From Mustelus asterias (Eukaryota): a stretch of 64,000 nucleotides of DNA. The DNA lies in NCBI RefSeq assembly GCF_964213995.1, contig NC_135806.1:66588001-66652000 (forward strand), written 5' to 3'. Both the position numbers and the translations under genes were made by a program. Shown here piece after piece: positions 21,266 through 33,925 of this stretch. The notes below the pieces were generated by a model. The model searched no databases, was not told the origin of the DNA, and saw nothing but the letters and a program-made list of their open reading frames with translations. How positions within the stretch are numbered: position 1 is the first letter of the stretch; each line of letters begins with the position of its first letter.

Positions 21266-23664
21266 ATTTACATTGATGAGGACAAGAATAAGCTTGGTTG
21301 TGATGACCTTTTGAGTCAAAAAGCTCATTGGCACCTGCTGAAGAATGTTGACTGGTACAAAGTGTGAAAGAGAAGCCAGCTCTTTTGAAATTCTACCGAG
21401 CTTTCAGGAGAGGAGGAAAGAAAAACAGTTTTTTTTTAAAATCAGAAGGAACAAAAATATAATGATTTCTGGAATGCTGATGATTAGGGCAGTGATTTAT
21501 GACTGCTGAATAACTTAAATTACATTTCAATTATATTGGATTCAGGGACTTTTACTGGTGTTTTGAGAATTGCATTCTGCAATTACTTGTGGCATTGAAA
21601 ATTGGTGCCTTTGTTGGTATCAGAAGGTGAACTAGTTTGGAGGAACTGAGCCACATAGTCTGATGGAGATAAATTAACAGTTGCAGAGATTCAGTCAGTA
21701 ACCGTAAAATGCTTTGACAATTCTGTCATTTTAACTATGTTTTGCAATATATGACCTGAAAAATGCTTCCTGAATGGAATTATTCTGATTTTAGTGATGA
21801 AAGACCTCTTTATCTGAAGGACACGTGAAAAAATAGTATTCAACGCTGTAGCAAAATTCTGTGGTTACAACAGGAAACCTATTATTAATAAGTTCGGTAG
21901 CGACAAGCTGCAAAACATGAAATGAACATTTTTCTGAGTAAGTTAAGCTTCTCCGATTTCCAGTATTTGCACTTTTTGTTCTTTTTTATGTCACATCGTT
22001 TCATACCGTTGAAAATCTACCCATGTGCTCTGTATTTTGAGTTAATAGCCAGTGATATTATTGATCCTGAGTCTCTTTGTTGTCAACATCAGTGTTCACT
22101 TGAGTTACTGGCATCCAAAGCTGGTTTGTAGGCAGAGGTAGATGCAGTAATCTGATTGGTGCTCACTGATTCCTATCTTCTAATTCCTTGATTCAAGACT
22201 TTAAATTATTTTTTGTTAGAAGGAATCATCAGCCGGGTACAGTATGGTGGTATCTGATATGTCGGTGATGTTGGCAGCCTAGACTTTTCTCTTCAAAGTG
22301 TAGGCAAAAACACTAAAAATAAATCCTGTCTCGCTCTCACCCCTTCCCCAACTAAGTATGGTGGAGTTTTGAGTTGATGTTCCAATGTGAATTTGATGTC
22401 TTTCCCAGGGAACATACCATGTCTGAAAAGTCCCCAACCAAGCAGTGATATTCCTTCATTAATCTGCACTGTACACATGGGTTCTGGCTGAAGCACACAT
22501 TGCACATTTTAGGGGAACATCTGCTGAGGCACCAATTCATTCCCCATATGTTCTGTAATGCTTTTTTCAATGGAATCATTAGAAAAGAGGAAGCATTTTT
22601 CCCAGGCTGTGCTAGCTGGGCATTTGAGGAAGATGCAGTTGGGGGAGTGAGGATGTTCGTATAAAGAATGCTACACTGATATTTACAGTACGTGAAACAG
22701 GATTGCAGGGAACTTTGAAACAACTACAGGAGGCGTCAGGATATTTAAAGACTTGAGTGCTGTGAGGTGATTTCTTTGTCCTTTCATCAAATCAAAATGA
22801 TCTTCTGTCATCCACTCCCACTGAAGAAAATTAGACATACTGGCCCATCTGTTTCACTCTGATGTAGCCCTAATGAGGCATGGAAACAAATTTATCATAT
22901 GTGGTGAATCGGATTCTCAGATGTTTTAATCAAGCGCGAAGGTTGTTTTGAGCAGGGTTAATGCTTTTAACAGATTGAACTGTACAGAAGGCGAAATTAA
23001 ATCAACAGTGCATCAATCTAATAATGTACGGTGCATTGTTCATTAATGGCATGCGGAACATGCCGAGATGCCCATGTGGTGAGGGCACAGCGACTGATGT
23101 GGTGTGACTGGCGTGGCAGAGCAAAGCTGAAGTGATGGAATGATGGTCAAGGTTGAGAGGAGGCAGCTATGAATCATCTGGAAATGCATTCTTGTTCACT
23201 GAGCATGCAGTAAACAATCACTTACAATCATCTGAATGTCACATGGCAGACTGAGAAATGTTTGTGCTTTTCTATGGCCTTCTACATGTGTGAATGTGTA
23301 AATATGACATTTCTGTGAAGTTAATTTGCTTTTTTATTACAGTTTGCGAAGGGGCATATCTTTCTTGAGAGAAGGGTTCCAGTTCATTAAATGAGTTTTA
23401 AGATTGGATTTAAAAAAAAACTTGAATCATTTGCCAAATGAGAGAATTTGTGCTGCTAGCACATCTCTATTATTGACAAATAATGCCAGCTTGTGTGGGC
23501 AGAAACACAGTATTGTGCTGGCCAGAATACTTTGCAGATGCACTTATGGGAAATATGAAAATGTAAGAAACAGGAATAGGCATTCAGATCTGTTCCTTCA
23601 TTCAGCTGGATCAATTTGATCTGTATCCCAAATCCATTTACCCACTTTGTTCAGCATTAACTGA

Positions 23665-24015
23665 CGGCACGGTAGCACAGTAGTTAGCACTGCTGCTTCA
23701 CTGCTCCAGGGACCGGGGTTCGATTCCCGGCTTGGGTCACTGTCTGTGTGGAGTTTGCACATTCTCCCCGTGTCTGCGTGGGTTTCCTCCGGATGCTCCG
23801 GTTTCCTCCCACAGTCCAAAGATGTGCGGGTTAGGTTGATTGGCCATGCTAAAAACAAATTGCCCTTAGTGTCCTGAGATGCGTAGGTTAGAGGGATTAG
23901 TGGGTAAATATGTAGGGATATGGGAGTAGGGCCTGGGTGGGATTGTGGTCGGTGCAGACTCAATGGGCCGAATGGCCTCTTTCTGTACTGTAGGGTTTCT
24001 ATGATTCTATGTTTC
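23665..24015 (+). mobile_element. Young full-length HE1-like V-SINE
   Basis: A and B boxes (GGTAGCACAGTAG, GGTTCGATTCCC), V core, tail TTCTATGATTCTATGTTTC; TSD TAACTGA at 23658-23664 and 24016-24022. Confidence 0.9.
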
Positions 24016-24054
24016 TAACTGATATGGAACCCAAATTACATCAATCTCAGATTA

Positions 24055-24273
24055 AAGCAGAAAATGCTGGATAAATTCAGCAGGTCTGGCAGCATCTATG
24101 GAGAGAAACATAGTAAATGTTTTGAGTCCATTGAGCATTTTCCAGAACTATGGTCAATGCACTCGATGTTTACTGTGTTTTTCTCTCTTCATAGATGCTG
24201 CCAGACCTGCTGAGTTTGTGCAGCATTTTCTGTTTTCATTTCAAATTTCTAGTATGCACAGTATTTTGCTTCT
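24055..24273 (+). mobile_element. Fold-back pLTR pair of PLE family 2 (older)
   Basis: CAGAAAATGCTG...CAGCAGGTCTGGCAGCATCTATG is inverted relative to CATAGATGCTGCCAGACCTGCTGAG...CAGCATTTTCTG; only the right arm has the extra tail. Confidence 0.65.
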
Positions 24274-24307
24274 GTACATCAATCTGTTGTGGAATGTTCC
24301 ATTGATT

Positions 24308-24623
24308 GGTACAGTGGTTAGCACTGCTGCCTCACAGCACCAGCAACCTGGGTTGTATTTCCGGCTCTTGGGTCATTGTGCGGAGTCTGTACGTTCTCCC
24401 CGTGTCTGCGTGGGTTTCCTCCGGGTGCTCCGGTTTCCTCCCACAGTCCAAAAGATGTGCTAGTTAGGTGCATTGGCCGTGCTAAATTCTCCCTCAGTGT
24501 ACTCGAACAGACACCAGAGTGTGGTGACTAGGGGATTTTCATGGTAACTTCATTGTAATGTTAATAGAAGACTACTTGTGACTACTGAACTTTAAACTTT
24601 AAAAGAAATAAACTTTAAACTTT
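24308..24623 (+). mobile_element. V-SINE with alternative tail
   Basis: Head, V core, tail ending in (AACTTTA)n repeats. Confidence 0.8.
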
Positions 24624-24624
24624 T

Positions 24625-26790
24625 GATCCAAGCCTCAACAAAGTTGAGGGTGTGAGTCCCAGATTTCCCTTTGTGTGACGGAATGCATCCTAAACTCACT
24701 CTGAACACCACGCTCTAATTTTAGGTTTATGTTCTCTCTATTCCACATTATAAATTTTCCTGACTCTGCCTGTAATGGACCTACATTTGCCTTCACCAAA
24801 CAATGCCTTTTTAACATCCATATGGAAACTTTTACAGTCTGTTTTTATGTTTTTTTGTTAGTTTGTATTTCTTTTTTATTTTCCCTTTATCAGTTTTTTG
24901 GTCGTCTTTTGCTGCACTCCAAAACCCTCCTTATCCTCAGATTTACAACAATTTCTAGTGATTTTATAGGCTTTTTCTATCAATTTAATACAATCTTTAA
25001 CTTCTTTTGTTAGCCATGGTTGACTGACTTTTCTTTTTGGGTTTTTGTGCCTTGAAGGAATGTACAGTTGCTGTAATCTATGTAATTTAAAGATAATCCA
25101 TTTGCCTATGTATCATCATATCTTTTCATTAAATGTGAGGTGATTCATTTTGGTAGGACAAATTTAAATGTGGATTACAGGGTCAAAGGTAGGGTTCTGA
25201 AGACTGTGGAGGAACAGAGAGATCTTGGGGTCCATATCCACAGATCTCTAAAGGTTGCCAGTCAAGTGGATAGAGCTGTGAAGAAGGCCTATAGTGTGTT
25301 AGCTTTTATTAACAGGGGGTTGGAGTTTAAGAGCCGTGGGGTTATGCTGCAACTGTACAGGACCTTGGTGAGACCACATTTGGAATATTGTGTGCAGTTC
25401 TGGTCACCTCACTATAAGAAGGATGTGGAAGCGCTGGAAAGAGTGCAGAGGAGATTTACCAGGATGCTGCCTGGTTTGGAGGGTAGGTCATATGAGGAAA
25501 GGTTGAGGGAGCTAGGGCTGTTCTCTCTGGAGCGGAGGAGGCTGAGGGGAGACTTAATAGAGGTGTATAAAATGATGAAGGGGATAGATAGAGTGAACGT
25601 TCAAAGACTATTTCCTCGGGTGGATGGAGCTATTACAAGGGGGCATAACTATAGGGTTCGTGGTGGGAGATACAGGACGGATATCAGAGGTAGGTTCTTT
25701 ACGCAGAGAGTGGTTGGGGTGTGGAATGGACTGCCTGCAGTGATAGTGGAGTCAGACACTTTAGAAACATTTAAGCGGTTATTGGATAGGCACATGGAGC
25801 ACACCAGGATGATAGGGAGTGGGATAGCTTGATCTTGGTTTCAGATAAAGCTCGGCACAACATCGTGGGCCGAAGGGCCTGTTCTGTGCTGTACTGTTCT
25901 ATGTTCTATGTCTATTTATTTTCTAAATCTACCTCAGCCAATTTGCCCCTCGTGCCGTCATCACTTATTTCATTCAAATTTCACACCCTGGCTTCAAATT
26001 GAATTACCTCACTTTCAAACATAATGTAAAATTCTATCATGGTCACTTATCCCTAAATATTGTTTTACAACTACATTATTAATTAGCTCTTTTCCATTAC
26101 ATAATACTTGATCTAAAATAACCTGTTCTCTAGTCAGTTCCTCAACACTTTGTTCTAGAAAATCATTCCTAACACATAGGACTCATTTAGTTTACCTAGT
26201 TCGAATGCAGGTTGATATTGCCTATGCTACATGCTTCTCTAATCTCCTGATTAGTACCATGCCCCACACTACCACTACTGTTTGGTGGCATATACGCAAC
26301 TTCTATCGATGTTTGCTGCCCTTTGCTGTTTCTTAGCTCCACCCAAACAGATTCCACATTGTGTTTTTCCGATCTGAGCTCCTTCCTTACTAATGTACTG
26401 ATCCTATCCTTTTTTACCCCTGCAAGACCACCTCCTTTTCCTCTTTGATGGTCCTTCATAAGTGTTGAATATCCTTGAATATTCAGTTCCTAGTCTTGGT
26501 CACCCTGCAGCCACCTTTCTATAAGGGCAATTAATTCATACCAATTTATTGCTAATTGTGCTTTTAAATCATCTACCTTGTTGTGAATGCTGTGAGCATT
26601 CGGGTAGATTGCCCTTTAACTTAATCTTTTTGACATTATTCTGCATTCTAAGCCTACCTGGTGCTTGCCTTTGTTTTGCCTGCCATCTAATTTCACTTGC
26701 CACTTTTTGTATTTCTTTATAATTTGTGATACTCCCTTAGGTTCCTATCTCCCCGGCAGCACTAGCAAATCTCCCTGCGAGGGTATCAGT
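24625..26790 (-). mobile_element. Old decayed CR1 ORF2 (endonuclease and linker region)
   Basis: ORF 26196-26459 KGGGLA...ESVWVELRNSKG...YMPPNS; ORF 24635-24817 KANVGPLQAESGKFIM. Confidence 0.8.
25131..25910 (+). mobile_element. Young 5'-truncated CR1 with an uninterrupted ORF2 C-terminus, inserted in older CR1
   Basis: Open 230-aa frame 25140-25832 (HFGRTN...RPHLEYCVQFWSP...FFTQRVV), 3' hairpin and (GTTCTAT)n tail. Confidence 0.93.
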
Positions 26791-27684
26791 CCCTCACATT
26801 TCTTGAATTCCATTTGCTACATTTCGGCTCATCTGACCAGTCCATTGATATCTCACCACAGTCTACAGCTTTTTTCCTCACTATCACTCTTGACAAAATT
26901 CTTACCTTTATGAGATGTGCGGGAATAAGTTTTCAAAATTTCCTTCCTGGAGGAAGTAACTTGTATTGGATTACAGTTTCATAGGTGATCTCCAGTTCTA
27001 TATCTGTAGGGCTATACAATGAGTGGCAGCAAGCTCTTTGACTCCAGGGACATGTCATAACGAGCACAGTCCTGTTGTAAATCAACATTGACATAAGTTC
27101 ACATACTCACATAGTTGCCAGCCAGAATTATTAGACAGTGAACAGGAGCAAGAGCTATCACATTTTTTTTTTCTCTTTGTGTCTAGCTGTGACCCTTAGG
27201 CCAAATGGAAAATCACTATTCCCATCTCACCTAAGGTTAAGCTAACCTATATATAACTGATTAAACATCATTAAAAAAAGTTAAAGCATCAATGTTAATG
27301 TTCAAACATCAGGCTAACAGACAAAGGAATGACAATCTGGATTTAACTGCATTAATTAGTGCCTATAATGTGGTAACATGGTAGCTATATCACTCTACCT
27401 TAGCAATATTACAATGGCCATTGTCCTCCTGAACCTTCATCAAAATATGCTTATCCTCAAGAACTTGATCTTCTCACCATCTGATGTTGACATCATTTCA
27501 CAACTTTGTTCATTTTTAGGAGCTCAGAATGAGGGAACTGTTATTTCCCCTCTCTCAAGCAATCTAAAGGCTATTAAAGCAAAAATTGGCTATCATCTAA
27601 TCCAGGATTGCCCAATGTGTGGCCTGAAGCCTCTATGAAGGCCCTGGAGCCAGTTTTCAAATGCTAGTCAAATATGTAAGTTTG

Positions 27685-27795
27685 AATAAAAGCAAAATGC
27701 CATGGATGCTGAAATTTGAAACAATAGAAAATGTTAATAAATCTCAGCAGGTCTGACAGCATCTGTGAAGAGAGAATAGAACCAATGTTTCAAGT
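27685..27795 (-). mobile_element. PLE family-2 pLTR fragment
   Basis: AAAGCAAAATGC...TCTCAGCAGGTCTGACAGCATCTGTGAAGAGAGAA, homologous to 24055-24273 and 53606-53741. Confidence 0.6.
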
Positions 27796-28475
27796 TGTTA
27801 GAGGTAAGCTTGAATACAAGAAGCTGCTCCTCCCTCACATGCCACTTCTTTCCCATGTTCACTGCTGCAAGGCTCACTAGTTCTCACTTTCCAGCTACTC
27901 ATACTTTGCTCCCTCGAGAAACCAGATGAAGATTTAAGAGTTTATATCGACCTTTATTCAAGCTATAGCAGGGAAGTCTGCCTCCACAAGGTGACATACA
28001 GATTGCTTGAGCGATATATTGCAACATTAATTATATCTTTGGCTATCTTACAAGTAATTTGCATATACCAATCACAAGTACACATTTGTTCTGAAGTCAT
28101 TGAGATGCAATTACAATCAGTTGTTCTAATTACTTCATTTATGTCAGGTGAGTATAGTTAACAAGTTACAACCTTTAAACGCTTGCCTCATTATATTCAA
28201 TTGCTAATGAAACACACCTACCTGGCGACACCATCCAAACATCCACACCTGCATTCTTTGGCTGTTATGACGATTCGCCTTGTGGTTATCAAAATTCCCA
28301 TCCTCTTCCTTGTTCACCTTATTTGTTCAGCCCATCTGTAACTGTGGGAACTTCACAGCAGCTTCCCAAGGGAACTCCGCTGTATTCAATTCACTGCATG
28401 CAATGATTTTAATCCCTTCAGTTAGGATTTGTTGTTCCACCTTATGCTCTCCCTTACTCTTTCCTCTGTCCTACA
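27796..28475 (-). mobile_element. Probable solo LTR
   Basis: TGTTAG...CCTACA ends; imperfect 5-bp TSD CAAGT/CAAAT; AATAAA on minus near 27955; interrupts a PLE pLTR. Confidence 0.5.
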
Positions 28476-28589
28476 CAAATGATCCTTGGTTATTATCCAC
28501 CACCCCCCGCGTCCCCCGTCCCAGTGTATCTTCATACCCACAGTTTTTCCCCCTTTGGGGAATGGTGGGGGAAGAATTCCCAAGCTGAT

Positions 28590-28699
28590 TATCAGTCCGT
28601 TGAACTGTGTTACGATTGCTCCTTCTGTGGCCAACAAGTCCTGCCATTGGGCTTGGACCCGGAGCTCAGAGGTAGGGGCACTACCACTGTGCCACAAGA
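28590..28699 (-). mobile_element. Decayed tRNA-derived SINE head
   Basis: Minus strand TGTGGCACAGTGGTAGTGCCCCTACCTCTGAG...GGGTCCAAGCCC with A- and B-box-like motifs. Confidence 0.55.
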
Positions 28700-29937
28700 T
28701 CTTTGGTCTCAGTCAAGAACAAATTCAAGGTGATTATGCCAGTTAAAGCAATGCTTTTGGTAGCAAGTCCGTGAGGTGTCTGTAATACAAGTTAAGATAG
28801 AAGAGTCAAACATTAATTAAATTCAATCCTTCCAAAGCCAAGATTTGTGATAATTATAGGCACTAGTTAACAGTTATTGAAATTCCTCCTAATGATTACT
28901 ACATTTCTGAACTTTACATGACTGAGAATTTCTTTTTAATATATCCACACCCTAGTGTGAGCATAATACTATTTATTTATCTTTTATTGAGAGATTCATT
29001 TCTTATATAGTTCTGTGCAGCACACAAACTTTCCAATGCAATAAATCTTGCTTTAAAAAATTGTTGGCAAGTTTCCTTCCGAGCACTCTGAGACAAGGTT
29101 TGCAAAAGTGTGCGAAGGGTAAGCTTTTCCTTCAATAATACTGTCTGAGTCAACTTACTGAATTGTTGCAGGGCAAGTGGGTGTGTGAAATGGTTTTCAT
29201 TTGGCAGATTTATTATCTCGAAGGAGTTTGCTCTGATAGCATGAACTTTACATTGTCAGTCGCAGGATTGTTTGCACTGGGTGGTTTGTGTTGCTTTCTA
29301 TTGTCGAATTAAGCAGGTTCCTGCTACCAGTTTGAGCCACTTCTCTGATGCTCTGTTACATATAGACAGACATCTCAGAAATGAAATAATTTCCTCCAAA
29401 AAGTGACCAGAAGAGAAATATAACATGAATAATCAGTACCATTTTATATATTGGATTGGGATCATCAGATATTATTACGGGCAAATCACATTTAGAGGAT
29501 ATTCTGTTACGTTGGAGGTCAGAAATATGTAAACAAATTCTTGGATAACATCATAGAAATGATTATAAAGAGTTGCAAACCAGCTGGATTTTTCTGTCCT
29601 GACCAACCTGTATTTGGTGGGCTTTGAAAATGGCTGGCGGTAACTGATTTTGGGATACCTGCTCTCATACCTGTTTTGAATGGCGCAGGCTAAGGGTAAG
29701 CTTAAGGGTAAAGTTATGATTCCATACACAGCTGTCCTGATGCTGTCAGCTCCTCTGTGGAAGTGAGTGTTTCAGATCCAATTTTCATATTAGAACCCTG
29801 TAATTGTAAAGGCGTTGGGCTGGATGTTGAAGGTGACATGGTTCACACCAGCTCTGGTGTTGTAACTATGGGGAAATCCAAGGTTTGGAGTTGGGAATCT
29901 TTTGACGGCTAAGTTCAAAAGACGTTGTCAAGTTCAT

Positions 29938-30680
29938 GGGTGGAATTTAATACCCCTGCTCCTCAGCGGCAAATTTGAGATGGTGGGGGAGGAAACCGTA
30001 TGATCAGGCAGTTGGGTGCAGGTTGGAGACCCTGCCGCCTTCCTCTGATTAAGTCCAGGGTGGGAAGACTTGTGCCTGGCCTTACCTTCTCTGAGGCAGT
30101 TTGAGGTCTCTAAGTGGCCACATAAGAGCCTAATCCCACCACTGCTGGTATTCTGCCAGTGGTGGGAAGGGGACTCACCATTTGGAGAGTCCACCCAACT
30201 AACTCTGGGTTTGCCTGCACTCTTCAAGGGGAGGTCTTTCATTTACAGGCACTCGAGAGACCCAGCATTGGAAAGAGGGGGACCTGCAGGAAGCCACCTC
30301 CCCTGCCCTTTCTGTCAACCCCACCATCCCCTCCCACTGGCCTGTGTCTCCTCCCTGGGAACCCCACATCGTCTCTCTTAACTGTCCTTGGATGTTCAAT
30401 TGCCAATCCTCTGGCTAGGCTCTATGCAATACCTGCACAGGCCAGTGCTCCCAGAGGTGCTGCTCCAAGCCTCTGATTGGCTGGCAGCTCTTGGGAATGG
30501 GATTTCTGCCCTACTGGGCTGATGCTTTCTTAAGGCAGAAGGAAGGATTTCCAGCCATTGCATTTACAGGAAATATAAGCCTTGAAACACATGGGATTTC
30601 TTTAGTTTCTTGGCCCAGGGAAAAAATGTGGACCTAGGCCTTGAGCTCTACCACCATGTCACTGCCACTAAATTCCACCC
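29938..30680. mobile_element. Harbinger-type MITE
   Basis: Perfect TIRs GGGTGGAATTTA / TAAATTCCACCC. Confidence 0.65.
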
Positions 30681-31069
30681 ATGTCATAATAAAATGCTGT
30701 ATGATAAGCTACATATGTTTTTAATATAGTGATTGATGACGTGACTTGTTCTTAAAAGGTAACTCACCATTAAGTTGACTAACATTGTGAAAATAGATTT
30801 TTTTTCAAATGCATTGGAGTATGTTATCCACTGGATAAGGTGATATTCAGCATTGAGCAATTTGGAAATTTAGAGTTGACTTTGGTCAATGCTTTAATTT
30901 TTTCATTTCAGCTCAGCCATTTGTATCACGACTTCAAAGCTTGACCAGATGGCTGAACTCTTTGAATTACTTCAAAGGGTTTAATGTATTGAACTCTAGA
31001 GGTTTTATTGGCACAGATATGCAATGGAATCTCATTACGAATGCTTGGCTGAGCTCAAAACCCACTACT

Positions 31070-31195
31070 GGGCTGAATTTTCTGGCCCTACTGTGGCAGG
31101 CTCCCCTGCTGCACATGTGGTGAGCCATTCAAACATCCATTGGCTTCAGTGGGACCAGAGGAGCTGCCAGCAGGTGGGGCTAGAAAATTCTGGCC
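31070..31195. mobile_element. Short palindromic MITE
   Basis: TIRs GGGCTGAATTTTCTGGCCCTAC / GTGGGGCTAGAAAATTCTGGCC. Confidence 0.6.
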
Positions 31196-32904
31196 ATAAA
31201 TTCAATTCGACAGGAGTTGCTTATACAGTTGTCATTGTCTTGGGTATTTTGATGGCTTTATGATATCTTAATAGGATAAAGAGCTTTTGAAGTGGAGTTT
31301 GAACGACTGTTTGGTTTTCACGGTAGTTTTACCAGGTTTAAATAGGCCTATGGGTTTTGTTAAGTACATTTTGTGTATTTTGACAGTTTTATGAACATCC
31401 CAAAGATTTTCCAATGTTGGTATATCCCTTGTGAGTTCTGTACATTGTGGATACAGGGTGATTGGGTATGGAGAGGTTTTGGGGGTGGATATGGAGTGGA
31501 TATGAAGGGGGTGAAAAGTACGAGGGGTGGGGTGCGGCAGTATTAGGGGGACTCACGCTCACCCACCGAACTGGGCCAATATCCCAGTGAACAGAGGCAA
31601 GCCTTTTAACCTGCCCAGCTTGACATCTGCCCATCTCCATTTTCACTTCACTCCTGCTTCTGAAGGTACTGGCCCCAACTGCAGCCTGCCCCTGCCACCC
31701 TATCATGAAGATAGCATGGGCAGGCTCTGCCAGGCAGGAGGTGGTTTCACAACATTAGGTAACGGCCTGACTCCCCATTCTTGCTGCTAAGATGAAAATC
31801 CTCCCACCTCTGGTTTTGTAATGATCTTATGCTTGCCAAATTCAGAAGAAAATCACAAAGCTAAGTGTGAAGGAGGACAGTCATCGGTTTGATTCTTGAA
31901 TAGTTTCAGGATTTTAGTCTTTATAGCTCGACTGAAAATCCTTCCCAACCATTTACTGTGACCTGACAGATAGCAGTCCAGTTAGATTAACCAGTTTGGA
32001 CATTTGCTTTGCTGTTGACTTAGAAAATGAAATATCTTATCAAATTGTTCCATATCATAAAACAATGAAGTAAGTGGTGGGAGAGAGCTTACTTTAAAAA
32101 TAAGATTCTTGAGAGCAGGTTTGAATATTGCAATTTAGTGCAGAAAGCTTAGTTCTGGTTGAACAAAAATGTGATTTCCGACATCATTTCATTTCACCTC
32201 AGTTATTTCTCACAGCTCCCAGTGAGGGTGTTATCCCTGTGCAGGTATCTAGTTATTGGTGAGGGGACGAACAGCCCATTTGTAGTTTAAATGAGATTTA
32301 AAGGCAAGTGAGATGCAACCCCCTTACACGTAAGCAGCTGCTTAACTTTTAAACACTGCCGTGATTTTCAAAAGATGTTTTAATCCACTGGTAGTTTTGT
32401 CAATACTGAACGGAAGGAAAAAGACATGCCAGACAAAAATGAAATGAAAGGAAAGCTTAACGTTGGACCTCCTGTTCCGTAGCTGGGAAAGTGGACGCTG
32501 CAATGCATCATGCCAAAAGAGGTGGCATAAAATCTTCCACCCAGTTATTTACTCCCCCTATCAAAAGTTGCTTTTGAAAGAGAAGAAAAAGATTTCAGAA
32601 AACAGCTAATGGCACTTGTTGTCTATCATTTTAAATGACTTTTACTTTCAATGCTACATTTGGCAATTCTGACCATCTATTTTACATGGACAAATCTTTG
32701 AACATCACAGCTAATGGTGCGTTGTGTTGACATTTGAATTATGTACCATGACCCCAATAACCTATTTCAGTGAAGAAAGAGCCCATTAATTTTTGCTGGA
32801 TCCTTCCTCTGTCTGACATTCACCGGAATGGAAACGTGACGTGTAATATCGATGATGTTGCATGGAATTTACAACATAGAGAAAGGCCATCAAACCCATC
32901 TGGT

Positions 32905-33925
32905 GAAATTTTGGTCGTTATATTTATAAATGACTTAAATGAAGGATTGGAAGGCTTTGTATCTAAGTTTGTGGAGAACACTAAGCAAGATGCACAGTAA
33001 CCAATGTGGATGGGAGCAGAAAGTTGAGAAGGGACATTGATAGGTGAGGTGAATGGGCAAAACAGTGGCAAATGAAGTTCAATGTGGAAAAATGGCAGTT
33101 CATCTACTTTGGATCTTTTTTCAAAATGGCAGGAAACTAGGAACTGTGGATGAGCAGAGAGATTTAAGAGTGCAAGTACAGAAATCACTAAAAACAAGTG
33201 TTTAGGTACAAGTCAATAAAAAGGCTAATGGAGTGTTAGCTGGAATGCGAAGGGGTAGATATTTATGTTCCAGCTATACAGAGCTCTGGTTAGGAGTCAT
33301 TTAGAGAACTGAGTTCTATTCTGGGCACTGCATCCAAAGAAACATATATTGGCCTTGCTTGGAGTGCAGATATACCAGAATGACAAAGGAATTAAAAGGT
33401 TTTAATTATGAGGGCAGTTTGCATAGACCAAGCTTCTATAACTTTGTGTGTAGGAGATTAAGGCATAACCCAATAATGGAAGATAATTTAAATAGTTGAT
33501 AAGGTAGTGTTATATATTTAAGTGGTTGCATGATTGCTTTAAGAGTTGGTCATATGATTTGATGGTGATGTCATTGGGAGGGCTTCACAGGCTCCTGTTT
33601 AGTTTCATTTTCTACTTTGTACAGGCAACAGCCCCTATAATAAACTGTTATTGCTATTTTAAATCTATGTGTGCAAACCTTGCCTGAAATTCTCCCGTCT
33701 TGCCGCTGAGGGTATCGTAGTGGGCGAGACAGAAAATGCGGCAGACCATTCAAAGATCCATTGAGTTTGGGTGGGAAATTTTGGTCTTGGGACACGCCTC
33801 GCTGGAGAATCCCACCCCATATCTTTTTCTTTTTGTTTAAAACCCATACCCCATAACACAGTTAGGAAATTGCAGGTAGATAGAGAGAAACTACTCTCTC
33901 TGGTTAGGGAGTCAAGAATGGCATA
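32905..33925 (+). mobile_element. Heavily decayed CR1 RT C-terminal fragment with nested insertions
   Basis: IFINDLNEGLEGFVSKFVENTK in ORF 32770-33000, followed by recognisable CR1 3' sequence. Confidence 0.7.
33508..33858 (+). mobile_element. Probable short solo LTR containing a MITE (33683-33817)
   Basis: TGTTAT...ATAACA inverted termini, TTTAAGAG TATA-like box, AATAAA at ~33639; no clean TSD. Confidence 0.45.

Noticed and set aside
23665-23740. tRNA-like A and B boxes
   Set aside because: These are SINE heads continuing into the V core, not tRNA genes.
30912-31069. Acceptor-like TTTCATTTCAG with an open frame; similar case at 48705
   Set aside because: No convincing donor or protein similarity; such motifs are common in AT-rich DNA.
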